Shown: piece after piece, positions 40,801 through 51,529 of the stretch | How the letters are laid out: each line of letters opens with the position of its first letter | Numbering within the stretch: the stretch's first letter is position 1 | Assembly (NCBI GenBank): GCA_949358305.1 | Contig: OX442314.1 | Location: forward strand, 13,826,001 to 13,890,000 | DNA from: Strigamia acuminata | Lineage: Eukaryota | Direction: 5' to 3' | DNA: 64,000 nucleotides | Translations under genes and position numbers: made by a program | Notes under the pieces: model-generated | Told to the model about the DNA's origin: nothing | Database searches by the model: none | The model's input: only the letters and a program-made list of their open reading frames with translations

Positions 40801-43800
40801 TTTCATATTCCTTTCCCTGAATGATGTTGACTTGTGCGTTTTACAACCTCCAGAGTTTAAACAGTGGAATTTACAAGCGACGCAATGTTCGGCGAAGTAA
40901 AAAAACAAAGCATCGCGCCAAAAGATGAAAAGAAACCCTAAGCCTAAAGATGTATATAGAAAAAAGTAACCAGATCAGTTGGAAGAGAAGCCAATGGCTT
41001 GACGTTTATCCGGAAAGGCGCGGTGTATTCTGCGCATACCCCCCTGTGCACAGTGGGGAATAAGGGAAGGAAGCAACCAGATAAATTGCCAACGCATGCA
41101 AACTTGATTCCGACTTGGATTCCGCCTAAAGTAAAGACGATAGCATCACTATAGTGATTTAATATTTTTTTGTTAAGCCGTAGTCGTTAGAGAGCTGGGG
41201 ATTTATGGAGGCGCGTCGAATTGTTTCATTTGTCAAAGCAAAGTTAAGGAATTTAGAATAAAAAAAATAAAAGAAATTGGGCTGGAAAAAATTAAGTTGT
41301 GATTCTGTCACTTTCCCGCACCCCGCATGAATTTATTACATTTGCAACAATGGAATTACACCTACAGAATTACAGGAGGTCGAGAGAGGCGTGTGAGATG
41401 CTCAAATTGCTTTTTTCGAAACAACATTGGCTAAGCAGAGGACGATAAAAATTAAAAATTAACACATTTTCAAGTGAATTAATGATTAACTCCACCGTAA
41501 TAAAATATTGTAGTTATTTCCTCATAGGTAGGTGTAGGGTCCTTTTATCCTCACGTGCCCCATACAATCATCTCATTCCATCAGCAGCGATCTAATTAAG
41601 ACTCATTGTTCCCACAGCACGAGTGTGTGATAATGGAGGGAATACATAAGGAGAGAAAGGGGCTCTTTAAAAGTGTGTGTGAATATGTTCAACACCCTGC
41701 TTTTCTTAATTCCTCTTTCCCCCACTCTGCTCGGTCTTGGCAGATACAATAGCTTGCATTTTGTGACCATAATTTCTTTTAAGTGTCTTGTCCTGTGCCT
41801 GCTCTTTCCCATTAACTCAGTAATCGAATTGGCTCTCATGATGAGTCATTTAGAAACAAAACATCACCTGAATTAATGTACTAAACAGCCCCTAAAAAAA
41901 AAATTTTCTAATTTTTTTTTTTTAAGAGACTATTTTCTCTCCCCTACATTCATCCAATAAAGAAAGTCAGTGATCCAGAATGTTGGTTAGCTTTGACTGA
42001 TTGACCGTGCCGTGGGTTTGCGATGCGCTTCTCGAAATGTATATTTAGGAGGAAATGATTGTCTCGCAACTTTGACTATATACAGCTCGAAAAGTGCTGA
42101 CCTGACTAGTGTTTTTGCTTCTCAACTTTAGACAGTGTGTGTCATTTATTCTCCTTTTCTTGGCATTTGAAAACAAAGGCATGGCACGGGCTTTATTGCA
42201 CGTCAGGCTGTCACATAAATGCCATCATAAGAACACATGCATATCTCGCAACACAGCAGCGGCCAGTCACATTGAACCACTAAGCCGCAGTTGTACTTGA
42301 CACCACTCGCTATCAAAAGACAGATCTAAGATATTTATTATCTTTTATTTTTAAATGAAAATAAAGTTGCAATTATTCACTCGTTTTAAATATGTAATGA
42401 ATGGCTAGAAGTGGGAAAGTTTTAATCGCAAATGACGTGCCAAAAAAGCTCTTAAATTTGATCAATTAACAAGCAATAATTAGAGAAATTAAATTTTTCT
42501 TCGCCAAATGTGCGAAGTGTTCGGTCTATCTCTTCGGCTTTATCAATATGAGTCCATTGCGAATAGTGTTGGTTGGCGGGATTGTGTTTAATTTGATTTG
42601 CAAATCTATTCTGCAAGCAGTCAACAATTAAGCGCACGTAGTTTGCAATCAAGGCCTCAAATGTTGCAAATTGCTGCTGTATATTCCCCATTTGAATCGC
42701 AGTTTATACAAATTCAATCAGCATTCTCATAAGCTCTTAGTTGCCAAACATGTCTCGTTGATTGCACAAGAGTCAAACCAATACTCAAATTTAATTGTAT
42801 ACTGTGTGACTTGTCGATTGCAATTGCTAATGACTCAAATCCGCCAATATTCGATTTTACCAAATCTCGTTCTAACACGCGTCGCTTCCAAATGCAAACC
42901 AATTCATCATCACAAACATTCATTAGAATCCTTATAGAAAAAAATGGATTATAATTTTTTCTTTTTTCTTTTAAAAAAATAATAAATGTATGTAATTTTA
43001 AATGTAAACAAACCAAAAAAAAAATTTGTTCCTTTTCCACCCTGCCTCATTGTGGATGGAAATTATAGGTTTGACAGCCGTCTTGCATTTCAAAGAGACT
43101 TTTGATCAAAGAAATTAATTATTGAAAATTTGATTTTTAGCTTAATTCAAATTTTTTTTAAAATAAAAAAAAATTTAGATTATAACACTGGTACAAATTT
43201 AATTTAATTAAGCTAATTTAATCCCTAATTGGCTTATTTTTCTTCCTCTCCGTATTTTTAAAGGAAAATTCAATTTCTCATATAACAGACGCCATTATTT
43301 TTCTTGCAGGGCATGCGGAGATCCATCAAAAGTAAAAGTTATCATCATAAAATTTAAAAAAAAAAAAAAAAAACTATGACATTTTAATTGAAATTTGAAA
43401 TGTTCATTCCAATTTTTTTTAAAAGTGTATACAAGATAAAACTCATTAAAACGACATCGATGTAACATGAATTAAGAAAAAGATCTCATTAGTTAAATAT
43501 AAAATCTAAAAAAAAAAATTTCTTTTAAAATGTCGACCTAGTTCATATGTTTTTATCGAATAAAAAAATCAAACAAAAACACTAACCCAAAAAAAAAAGT
43601 GGAAAAACAAGTGGTGCAATATACCACCAGAAGTGGGTGTTAGTGCAGTTCTAATTTCCAATTAGAAAGCTGAATTCTCATAATAAAAAAGGGGGCCACA
43701 AACCTGGCAACAGTCCTCTTGAGAATGTTTTTTAGGTCCAGTCCCATGTACACATCAGCCAGCACCCTGCAGCACAGCAACACCTGGTCTTGGCAAGTTG

Positions 43801-45065
43801 ATTGCATTTTCTGAAAGCTCTGCCGAATCTGCAAAAGCCATTAAAGAGCAAGCGTGTAAATAAAAGTTGTACTTTTCATGCAATTGATTGACTTTTAGGT
43901 CCAGGCGAGAAAATATCCCCAAACTTTTTTTTTTCTCATGTATTTTATATTTTCGACACCAGACACTCGCGTGAGATGTATGAAAAAGAAATCGGATCCG
44001 AGGAGCAAAAGTCAAGGTCACGTGCTGAACTCGCACCTGGCTGCGTCTGACATGTGAATTTGGCCTTTGCTGAGATTATGTGGAATAATTTTTGGCTGGA
44101 ATGGAATGAGAAATGAGCTGTTTACCTGTTTAATGAGATTTGCTTGATGAATTGCATCTTCGCTCTGCAGAAATTCATGTAACCACTCGATGCAAGGTAG
44201 ACGGTCGTCTGCGTTTAAATATCCTGAGAAGACGGAGTATGTATTTTTTATAAAAACAGGAAGAGAATTAAACTGATGGTAAGTACTGCTTTTGACAGTC
44301 TTTACACAACGTGGATGATTTATGACATGCGACTTGAATTTATCAATTATAAATAAATTTTTTAAAATTAAAAAAAAAAAATTTTCTATTAATTAATTTT
44401 ATTTTTCAAATAAAATAAAGTAATAAAAACATGTGCAATACGTGCAAATCAAAAGAAGTGTTTATTTAATATTGAACAAATTACAAAAAAAATAATATAA
44501 TTCGTTATAATAAAAAATAAATAATTTAATGATTTTTTCCCATGTGATGAGAAAATATTTTTACGTAAACGCTACCGTATTTCAAGAAATAACCGCCCTC
44601 GCCTTCCATTCCCACCCACTAGCAAAAATCAATAGTGTCAACATTGATCGGCTGAGCAAGGTCACCGATAATTTCATCTGTCGTAACTACTGCTGCGCAC
44701 TACCTGCAACATTATTTTTCATTCCGCATGAAAAAAGCATAACATTAAACAAAAAAATACAACGCTAATTGTGCCGTGCAATTTCGATTGTGACGCATTG
44801 TGACGTTGTTTGTTTCTCATGTTCTCGAATAACAAAAGTGGGAGAAACGTGAAACGTAAAAGCGAATAATAATTAATCTAGCCTATATTTATCGACCCTG
44901 ATTTTCTTTGATAATTGTGTGTGCATGAGTCGATTTGTGATTGTAAATGAAAGGTCAACAAAGCGGCATACGGACAATCATGAGGGTACCTTGAATTTCG
45001 TGTAAATAATCTTCCTTCTTCTCTAGCCGGGAATTCTGGAATTCTCTTTGTTTTCGGGATGGCAT
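7286..45065 (-). CDS. THADA: THADA (Trm732 homolog, ARM/HEAT-repeat, DUF2428), 34 coding exons: 45065-44990, 44223-44126, 43828-43704, 34771-34611, 32130-32098, 23838-23790, 22729-22539, 21483-21395, 15546-15260, 14903-14841, 14282-14162, 14020-13957, 13879-13689, 13602-13468, 13175-13088, 13016-12862, 12803-12648, 12591-12472, 12408-12282, 12216-12074, 12012-11087, 11030-10901, 10814-10704, 10648-10526, 10450-10151, 10090-9786, 9733-9654, 9591-8987, 8929-8799, 8743-8671, 8599-8434, 8376-8242, 8181-8024, 7969-7286
   Basis: Hallmark motifs SSPEGHLPMD, VTAQMVLLCSWRTVKEISLLLG, KHRGAFEQAYVGF, TRRSAGIPF, VHALNILRVLYRD, VRNSSTLLFSALMTRIFGVKR, RQNHIHGVLLQ and WSHWEHFID. All junctions are GT-AG and phase-compatible. 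The 5' exons follow the recalled human THADA N-terminus in order. Confidence 0.93.
10816..10855. repeat. (AAT)n microsatellite abutting a THADA 3' splice site
   Basis: About 12 AAT units read directly. On the - strand this is (TTA)n immediately before AG at 10816-10815. Confidence 0.9.
13918..13945. repeat. (AT)n microsatellite in a short THADA intron
   Basis: TATATATATATATATATATATGTATATA read directly. Confidence 0.9.
21395..21483 (-). CDS. THADA: THADA exon (DGILLDCRMHCGMAVPLLLKSIVGADYFPV)
   Basis: Acceptor TATTTGTAG and donor GTG|GTAAGT. Phase 1 to 0 links exon 22539 to exon 15546. Confidence 0.8.
23790..23838 (-). CDS. THADA: THADA 49-nt exon (V-LEFSNHVLILLTQQL-R)
   Basis: Acceptor TTTTCGTTCCAG and donor CAG|GTAAGA. 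Phase 1 to 2 is exactly what joins to exon 22729 (a|AAA ACA TGC). Confidence 0.82.
25429..25463. repeat. Interrupted (AT)n microsatellite
   Basis: Two AT runs separated by CTG, read directly. Confidence 0.85.
26168..26340 (+). mobile_element. Truncated copy of the 34139-34452 repeat
   Basis: Shares TTTCGCrGAATTAAGT, AATAGCATGCAAAAA.TGTATT and CCCAATGyATTTC.AAAT.CATTGCAATATA with the 34.1-34.4 kb copy. Confidence 0.65.
32098..32130 (-). CDS. THADA: THADA 33-nt micro-exon (G-ERCLSACVIN-V)
   Basis: Strong acceptor TTTCTTTTTTCTTTTTGCAG and donor ATG|GTAAGT. Phase 1-1. Fills the gap between ...FDNFPL (34611) and LEFSNHVL (23838), matching the spacing of recalled human FNLG-RASVNNLLKN-VLHFL. Confidence 0.8.
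34139..34452 (+). mobile_element. MITE-like non-autonomous element, full-length copy with imperfect ~23-bp terminal inverted repeats
   Basis: Left end CCCATATGGTGCAAAAATATATT versus reverse complement of right end CCCATGTGGTTCTAAAATACATT. Internal sequence is shared with 26168-26340 and, inverted, with 51530-51780. Confidence 0.7.
37557..37733. repeat. Long inverted repeat / fold-back element
   Basis: Perfect 32-bp arms 37603-37634 and 37656-37687 around a 21-nt loop. Pairing extends with mismatches out to 37557-37579 versus 37711-37733. Confidence 0.9.
38798..39191. mobile_element. Degraded nested inverted-repeat element: inner piggyBac-like MITE (38834-39109) inside an outer inverted repeat
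   Basis: Inner: TTAA|CCCT-ccccact-CCAACCTA ... TAGGTTGG-tactgcc-AGGG|TTAT. Outer: TAGAGGCCCATT (~38814) versus AATGGGGCCTCTA (~39158), with further partial pairing GAGCACTGGCAC / GTGCCGAGTACACTC. Confidence 0.45.
44990..45065 (-). CDS. THADA: THADA first coding exon (MPSRKQREFQNSRLEKKEDYLHEIQG)
   Basis: ATG at 45065. The phase-1 donor CAAG|GTACCC matches the phase-1 start of exon 44223-44126 (GYLNADDRLPCIEWLHEFLQSEDAIHQANLIKQ). Confidence 0.75.
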
Positions 45066-45513
45066 GATGGACAAATGGTAATAGACGAGTTAAAAAGAGG
45101 ATTTCCTGAAATTCTGTTTTGATATCACGTTTATCGATCTGCATGCAGCCCATCAAGATACCATGAAGCGAGGCTACAAACTAGCAGCATGGACGTCGCC
45201 ATCTTTTTATCGACAAACTTCCTGATCTCTAATTCGCGGAAAATAATCAATTTCAAATGACAAACTTAACGAACCAAAATAAAATAAACAAAACTAGAAT
45301 AAAACGAACTAAATTTTGAAATAATTATTAGACACATAGCGCCTTAAAAATTATATTTTATTTTAGACCAATAAAATGCTTCCCCTCGTTTTCGCTCGGA
45401 CCTACAGCCATGTTTGTGGCTCAGCGGCGCATTTTACTGTGGATAGATTCGCGAGTGTGGAGTACCTGCCGCCGTCAATGTTGACATCTATCGATGATTT
45501 CATATGAGAATGG
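45066..45513. promoter_or_regulatory. Putative bidirectional promoter shared by THADA (-) and PLEKHH (+)
   Basis: Divergent genes: THADA ATG at 45065 and a + strand donor at 45513. YY1-type motifs on the - strand (AAGATGGCG ~45197-45205; AAACATGGC ~45407-45415). DRE-like TATCGATG at ~45489. Locally CpG-rich. TSS positions cannot be determined from sequence. Confidence 0.6.
45450..45513 (+). other. Probable non-coding first exon of the PLEKHH gene (5' boundary approximate)
   Basis: Strong donor TGG|GTGAGT at 45513/45514 next to the promoter. The next clear acceptor is TATTTTACAG| at 47295/47296, upstream of the PLEKHH ATG. Confidence 0.55.
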
Positions 45514-47477
45514 GTGAGTTCCTTTACACAGATATATTATTTATCCATGACGGATCATTTTCAGACAATTCTTACACGTAGTAAACCGCTCCGCTTACTA
45601 ATGACTCTTCGCTAAGTTGATCGCTCCCCGGTCGGGCACAACAAAAGTTTAGCTCGCCTGTCGCGCTTAGTTAACTTAGCCCTTCCCCTCGTTCCCCTGT
45701 TCCCTTCTTCAGAGGGGAAAATGCTTTATTGATCAAACTATTTATCCTCACGTTTTAGCAACTTAACAACTTGCATTTTTTATTTTTTTTCAAATATAGT
45801 ACGAGGGGAAAAAAATGATGTTTCTTGTTAAAGCAGACGACGAAAGGTGAAAGGTGAATCTTAAAATTTAAGAAAAAAATCTCGCAAGACGATGCAAAAA
45901 CACTTTTTCATTCACAAAAGTGGTCAATGACTCACGAAATAGTTATTAATTATTTATATAGGGAACGGAGGGAGAAAATTTGTTAACAATGTATTAATTT
46001 AAAATGCAGTTGTGTAATGAGAGGATAGAAATGCCTGACACTAAAATTCCAACTGCTTCTTTGATTCGAAGATTGTATCAGTGAGTTGACAACATTCATT
46101 CATTCGGAGCTGAAAGCATCCGATTGCAACGGCTTGAGGGGCGCAACTCGGCGCGATATTTTTAAAATTATTTTTTTTATTTTTTAAAATTTAAAAAAAA
46201 AATTTTTTTTTTGATATTATTTTTTAAAATTGAGTTTTGGAATTATTTCATTATGAGAGATTTTTTCGCGATGGATTTCCGTCAGATTTTTGGAATTTTT
46301 GTTTGTGTGTCTAGCGTTAAAAGAACAGATTAGGTTTGAGATGAGAGCATGTGTTTTTGATCCAGCGAAAGCTTTTCTTCAAAACTGACAGCGAATGTTT
46401 TAAATGTCTGTTGTTGTTTTTTCTTGGGGTGGGAGTTGGGACGCAACTTTAACTCATTGAATAGTCTTTGTGAATATGTTGTGGATGAGTAATATTTCTT
46501 TACCCTTGAATAGATTTAAATTGAGGGTGGGGAAAAATATTATTTTTTTTTTTTTTAAATTTTGATTCTAAGATTAATACATTAGGGGAAGAAATTTGCA
46601 GAATTTGTCCACACGTTTTAAAATAATTTTTTTATTTAAATTTTTTTTATTTATTTTATTTATTTTTAGTTCCTTCGTGACTCGCTAGAGTTTGTTCTAA
46701 TTTGGCCATAACAAAAGTGCGAGCAAAAGTGTGCAGAATTTTAATTTTTTTTTGAAATTATATATTCGATAAGATAATAAATTTTACACGAAACGCAAGT
46801 TTTTTATCAAATTTTTGTTAAAAACTAACTTTTTCTTGGTGAATTTTCCTCTTTATTGCATGGGAAGTCAGTTAACTGAAATTGGCTGTTGAAAGCAGCT
46901 TCTTAAGGCGATCTGATTTGATCCACATCGGATCAAACAGATCTTATTTCGTAGTGACAACGATTCAGTTCACCAACGCGCCTCAAAGAGCGCCGAATTG
47001 AAAGAAATAAAGCGGAGCTAAATATAGTTATTTTTTCCCCAATTTAATAGTTAAGTTTTAAAATTCTGTTCGTATCTTGCGAACACATGTTGTCGCAGAA
47101 GAACGAAAGGAAAAAGTGGTTGCAAGGGCGTGCACATCTAAGCAAATGAAATAATAGTTGCAACAGCTGTTGCCACGTGCATTGAGTTGGGGAAAGGGAA
47201 AGGGAAAGGGCCTGTTGCGAAACTCGATAGAAATACTAATGAAAAGGTAGAGTAAGTGATGATGGTTTTAATTTTGTTTTCTGTGTATTTTACAGGATTG
47301 GATTTACATTTACCCATGAGCTCTATTGGCGGTTTATGGATTATTTAGTGACGATGATAAAAAATTGATGATATTAAGTTTGTGGTGTTTGGTTTCTTAT
47401 CTCTCACGGTAATTGATTATTTATCTACGGGAATTTTGTGTATCCCAAGGGCCAGAAGTGTGTGGTCTAATGAAATA

Positions 47478-47711
47478 ATGGCTGAAGGAGACACTGACCA
47501 GCGGTCATCAGGATCATCTTCGCATCTGTCTTCAGAGCCGTCGCTTATAAGTGAAAATATAGAAACCATGGACACCGAGTCAGAGTATCCCCCTGCTAAT
47601 TGGACAGAGGACACTGATATCAACTGGCAGGATAGGTGCCTCGAGTTGGAGTTGTCGCTGCAGAAGTTTAGGGATCAAGCTAGTAAGATTCGTGCGTTGC
47701 TTCATGAAAAG
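47478..47711 (+). CDS. PLEKHH: PLEKHH1/PLEKHH2 (MAX-1; PH-MyTH4-FERM) family, first coding exon, 3'-partial gene
   Basis: INWQDRCLELELSLQKFRDQASKIRALLHEK matches the PLEKHH2 N-terminal coiled coil [31 protein letters not shown]. Acceptor at 47295, ATG 47478, phase-0 donor AAG|GTAAGA at 47711. Confidence 0.88.
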
Positions 47712-50700
47712 GTAAGATTCTTCAGAGGATGAAATTTATATTTTTTAATGTTTTGGTTTTGCATTTTTTTTAAATACCGGAAATACTCTCATTGAGCGCG
47801 GGATTCTAATTCAACGCGAGTATAAAATGTTTAAATTGATCAAAAACAATAAAATAATTTTTTTTAATTGATTAAATTGTGGGGAAAATCTGAGTTTTGT
47901 CAATAGAACACCCGCGGTCTGTTAGAGGATTTGTGGTAATCAATAATTTAGGAATGCAAAAGAGGTTTAGCAAATTTTAAGCAGTTTTTGCAGTTTGCAG
48001 ACAGTGAAAAGCTTGCGAAATGATGGTTAAACCTCTGTTTTTGCTAATAAAAAGGTTAATAATCTGTTTTAATGTTGTGAAACGTGTTTAATAATCAATT
48101 GAATTTAAGCTTATTCATGTTCATAAACTATGAGTGGCTTGTTTTCCTGACAACCCAATTCTGAAAAATAGTGCAGGTGCAAACGATCATTCAAGGGTGT
48201 TTTGAGCGCATGTTGGTTTGGTGACAAGCACAGGTTTGGTTTAGTGGAACCTGAATTTGGGTGTTTTGGCATTCGAAAGTCGAAATCCAACAGAAACGTG
48301 TTTAATTTCAGAAGGATACTTGTTTAACTAGAAATAAACCATCATGCAATATGAAAAATTGTACGCAGTCGTTGATTAATCCACTGATCAATGAATTGAT
48401 TAAATTGGTCGCATTCATTCCTCGAAACTCGAGAATGTTTCTACTTTCAAATGCATCCTATGTTGACTTCCATTTAAATAAATAGAAGATTTTTATTATT
48501 TTTTATTTTAAAAACAATTAGATTTTCAGCGTAATTAAATCTAGTAATTATTTTTATGTAAACGTTCGTTGTGAATGTTTCTTTTTACGGGCATTTGAGC
48601 AGAGGGAAGAAAAACATGTTAAATTTTACATTTAGACTGGTTTAAAAAAATTTAAACACGTTTAAATGACTTCATGAATACGCTTAGAATTTAATTGATT
48701 TGGAATTTTTATACTCGCAGATGTTTAGAAAATGGAAAGTAACGAATCATCTTTTATTGATTGGTTTTTAATTTTCGGCTTTGACGTTGGTGTCTCACGT
48801 TAATTAGTCAATTGATTCGATTTTTGATTAGGTTTGTATATATTTTTTTCCGTAAGAGGTTAAATCATGCGAAAAGGCCACAAAAATGCAATTAACTGAG
48901 TATTTGTTTGTGCAGCAATGAAGTGTAGACATTGTAAATTTGACGGTTAGATTTTTGAAACATAATTACCTATTGCTAAACACGATAATTTGAATTGTAA
49001 TTAGTTTAATTGAGTCTCAAGGTCTTGAAATTGTTCGGGAACGGGTGAAAAAATTGCAAGCGGTTGCCGATGTTATTAACATATCACAGTGGAATAATTA
49101 AACATGGATCTAAATTAATTCAAACATGCTAAATGTCAACACGCATTTCCCAAACTGTATAATTTTAAGGGGAAAAAAGTTTCCAAAGGGCAAAGAACTG
49201 TCAAAGAGTATTAGTATTATTTTTAATGTACGTGCAACAATTATGCTTGAGTAATAAATAAATAAAAAAAATTTTAAAAATTATAAAAATGGAAATAGGA
49301 TATTTGAGTGTGCAACGGTATTTTTTTCATCCAGTTCTGACGGATGTTGTGCAATCGTCCAATCAGCGTAAGAGAAGAGGAAAACTTGCAACTGCGCAGG
49401 ATTTTGTTACTTGCGTGATTCCCGAATACAGCATGCACTAAATTAAATTTTAAACAAAATGTTCAGAACTGCATTAACCTTGCATAATCGTGAAAACCAA
49501 ATAAATTTAATTTTCTTGACCACATGTGCTTTCGAAGCATGTAATTGGAAATGGCAGCAATTAAGGTCATTGCTATTTACATTTTTGTTGCGTTAGTAAA
49601 TAGTGGAGAACAGCCGAATTGGGTTGCTCTGTTGTTACTTTTATTTACTTAATTAGTTTTAATTTTGTTTTATTTTAGTGGAGGATTTTTAAAAAAAAAT
49701 ATTACGGCGGAAGAGCGATTTCAAAGACGCGGGGACATTCACCCCATATTGCGGGTGATTGTGTAATAAAAATAAAAACAAGAGTTACAAAAAAGTTGTG
49801 AATTCCAGTTGATGAACCAAACACGAGGAAATGTTTTGTGTGTATGCATCATTGCTCTATTTCTTAAACTAACGCTAATTTATGTTTTCGTAAAAAATTT
49901 GCCCGCAATTACCGCGTTGTAGGGTATGGAAAGTGCGGCAAACTACACTTGCGGACTAAATTCATTTTAAATTCACTATTTTTTTTTTGGGTGCATTGTG
50001 CTCAGCAAATATATTCTTTTTCCTCGTCCTCTTTACTTTTTTGCTCGTTGTAGCTTTCAGAGAGGGCATGGAAACACACAGTAAGCATTAGCAGTGCAAG
50101 TTTGCTTTGATGTGGACAGAGCTGAATCTCGAGTCGTGTAAAGAGCTTTCAGACAAGTGAGAGAAGAATAGAAAGAGGAGGAAAGTTGAGATGGGAGAAA
50201 GAGAGAGAGAGAAGGGAAAAAGACGAGGAAAAAAAGAAGAAAAAAAAAATGTCATCAGCGAACTGAAGGAATTAACTGGTGCTCATAAAACTGGGGAAGT
50301 TCATGTTAGCTCTTCATGTAGATTGAAAAATATGTAGATTGAGCTGTTCTGAGACGTTTTGTCAGATGACTTTTACCAAATTGCATCCTACATTACCATG
50401 AGCTTTAATACGGTTAAGAATCAGTCGCCGTAGCAACGAGGGCGTTTGTGTTTTGAATTCGTTAACGTAAATATGTTTTTGTTGTTGCATTAAGCATTTT
50501 CGTGATGTATGGTGTGCGCCAGGCAGTAAAAATGTCGGTCGAGCCATTTGGCAAACTCGACATTAAATCAAGTTAAAAAGATTGAATGGAAGACGAAGAG
50601 GAAAAGTGGTAAGACGGGGCTTAGCAAGTTTGACATTTTAAACTTGTGTGGGTGTTGTTAGGGGGTTTGTTGTATGGGAATGCCAACAAGGTCTCTCACT

Positions 50701-51529
50701 CTTAAAGCTTCTCTCTCATATTGATGAAAAGGATGTTATTCGTAGTGACTTCAGCTGTGAGAGGTGTCAGGACCTTGCCTCCTTGTCGAGTTGCAGTCAC
50801 CTCCTAATGGCTATTGGCTGACGTGCAGTTTGGGAATTTAGTGAATGTGTCCCACAGCTCTGCTTTTGCCCACTCATTCCTTCTGTTCTGTTCCCTCTCC
50901 CTACATTCGCTAGGGTCACCACAGATTTCTTGTGGTATGTTCGCACTCAATTGATAGAGGAGTGGTGATGATTGGATTGACGAGTCATTGTGCTTCTTCC
51001 TTCTCGAGCCACGATATCATGTGGGCAGTTGCGGGGAATTAATAAAGCTGGGAGAAGTTAAGGAGCCCCTATTTCTCTCCATTTTTCTCTCTTTCTGTCT
51101 CTCTTAGGACTCTTATCTCTCGAACCACCAACTGTGTGCCTGTAGGTCATTGCATGGAAAATTGAATTAAATGAAAGGGACATGCTATAAAAATTGACAA
51201 ATGTGCAAGTTTGCTGGCAAGTTATTGCAAGTTATTACTTCTATAGGACTCAAACGTGGAAATAGTGAGAGACTTGATGCGTGTTGACGGTAAATAAAAA
51301 TGTGGCATGGTGTCAATAACCCTGTTATGAAACTTGGATGTTGTATGATCGTAATATGGGTGTTGGCGTTGGCAGATTCCTTGCTCCGTTGGGTCCAATC
51401 ATTTATGTAGCATTTTCTCTTAGGAATTGGTAAAGGGTGGAAAAAACAAAGGTTGTGAAAAGTGTAAAATTAGACCATTTATAGCTTTATTTTGATTAAA
51501 AGTTTTCTGTTTTTGGTGTCGCAGACTTT

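Noticed and set aside
15547..43703. Nested ZFP36/Tis11 gene (human neighbour of THADA) or polished-rice-type LDPTGxY smORFs
   Set aside because: No CCCH zinc-finger (YKTELC-like) or LDPTG motif seen in the ORF track or by eye. A tBLASTn would be needed to exclude very small exons.
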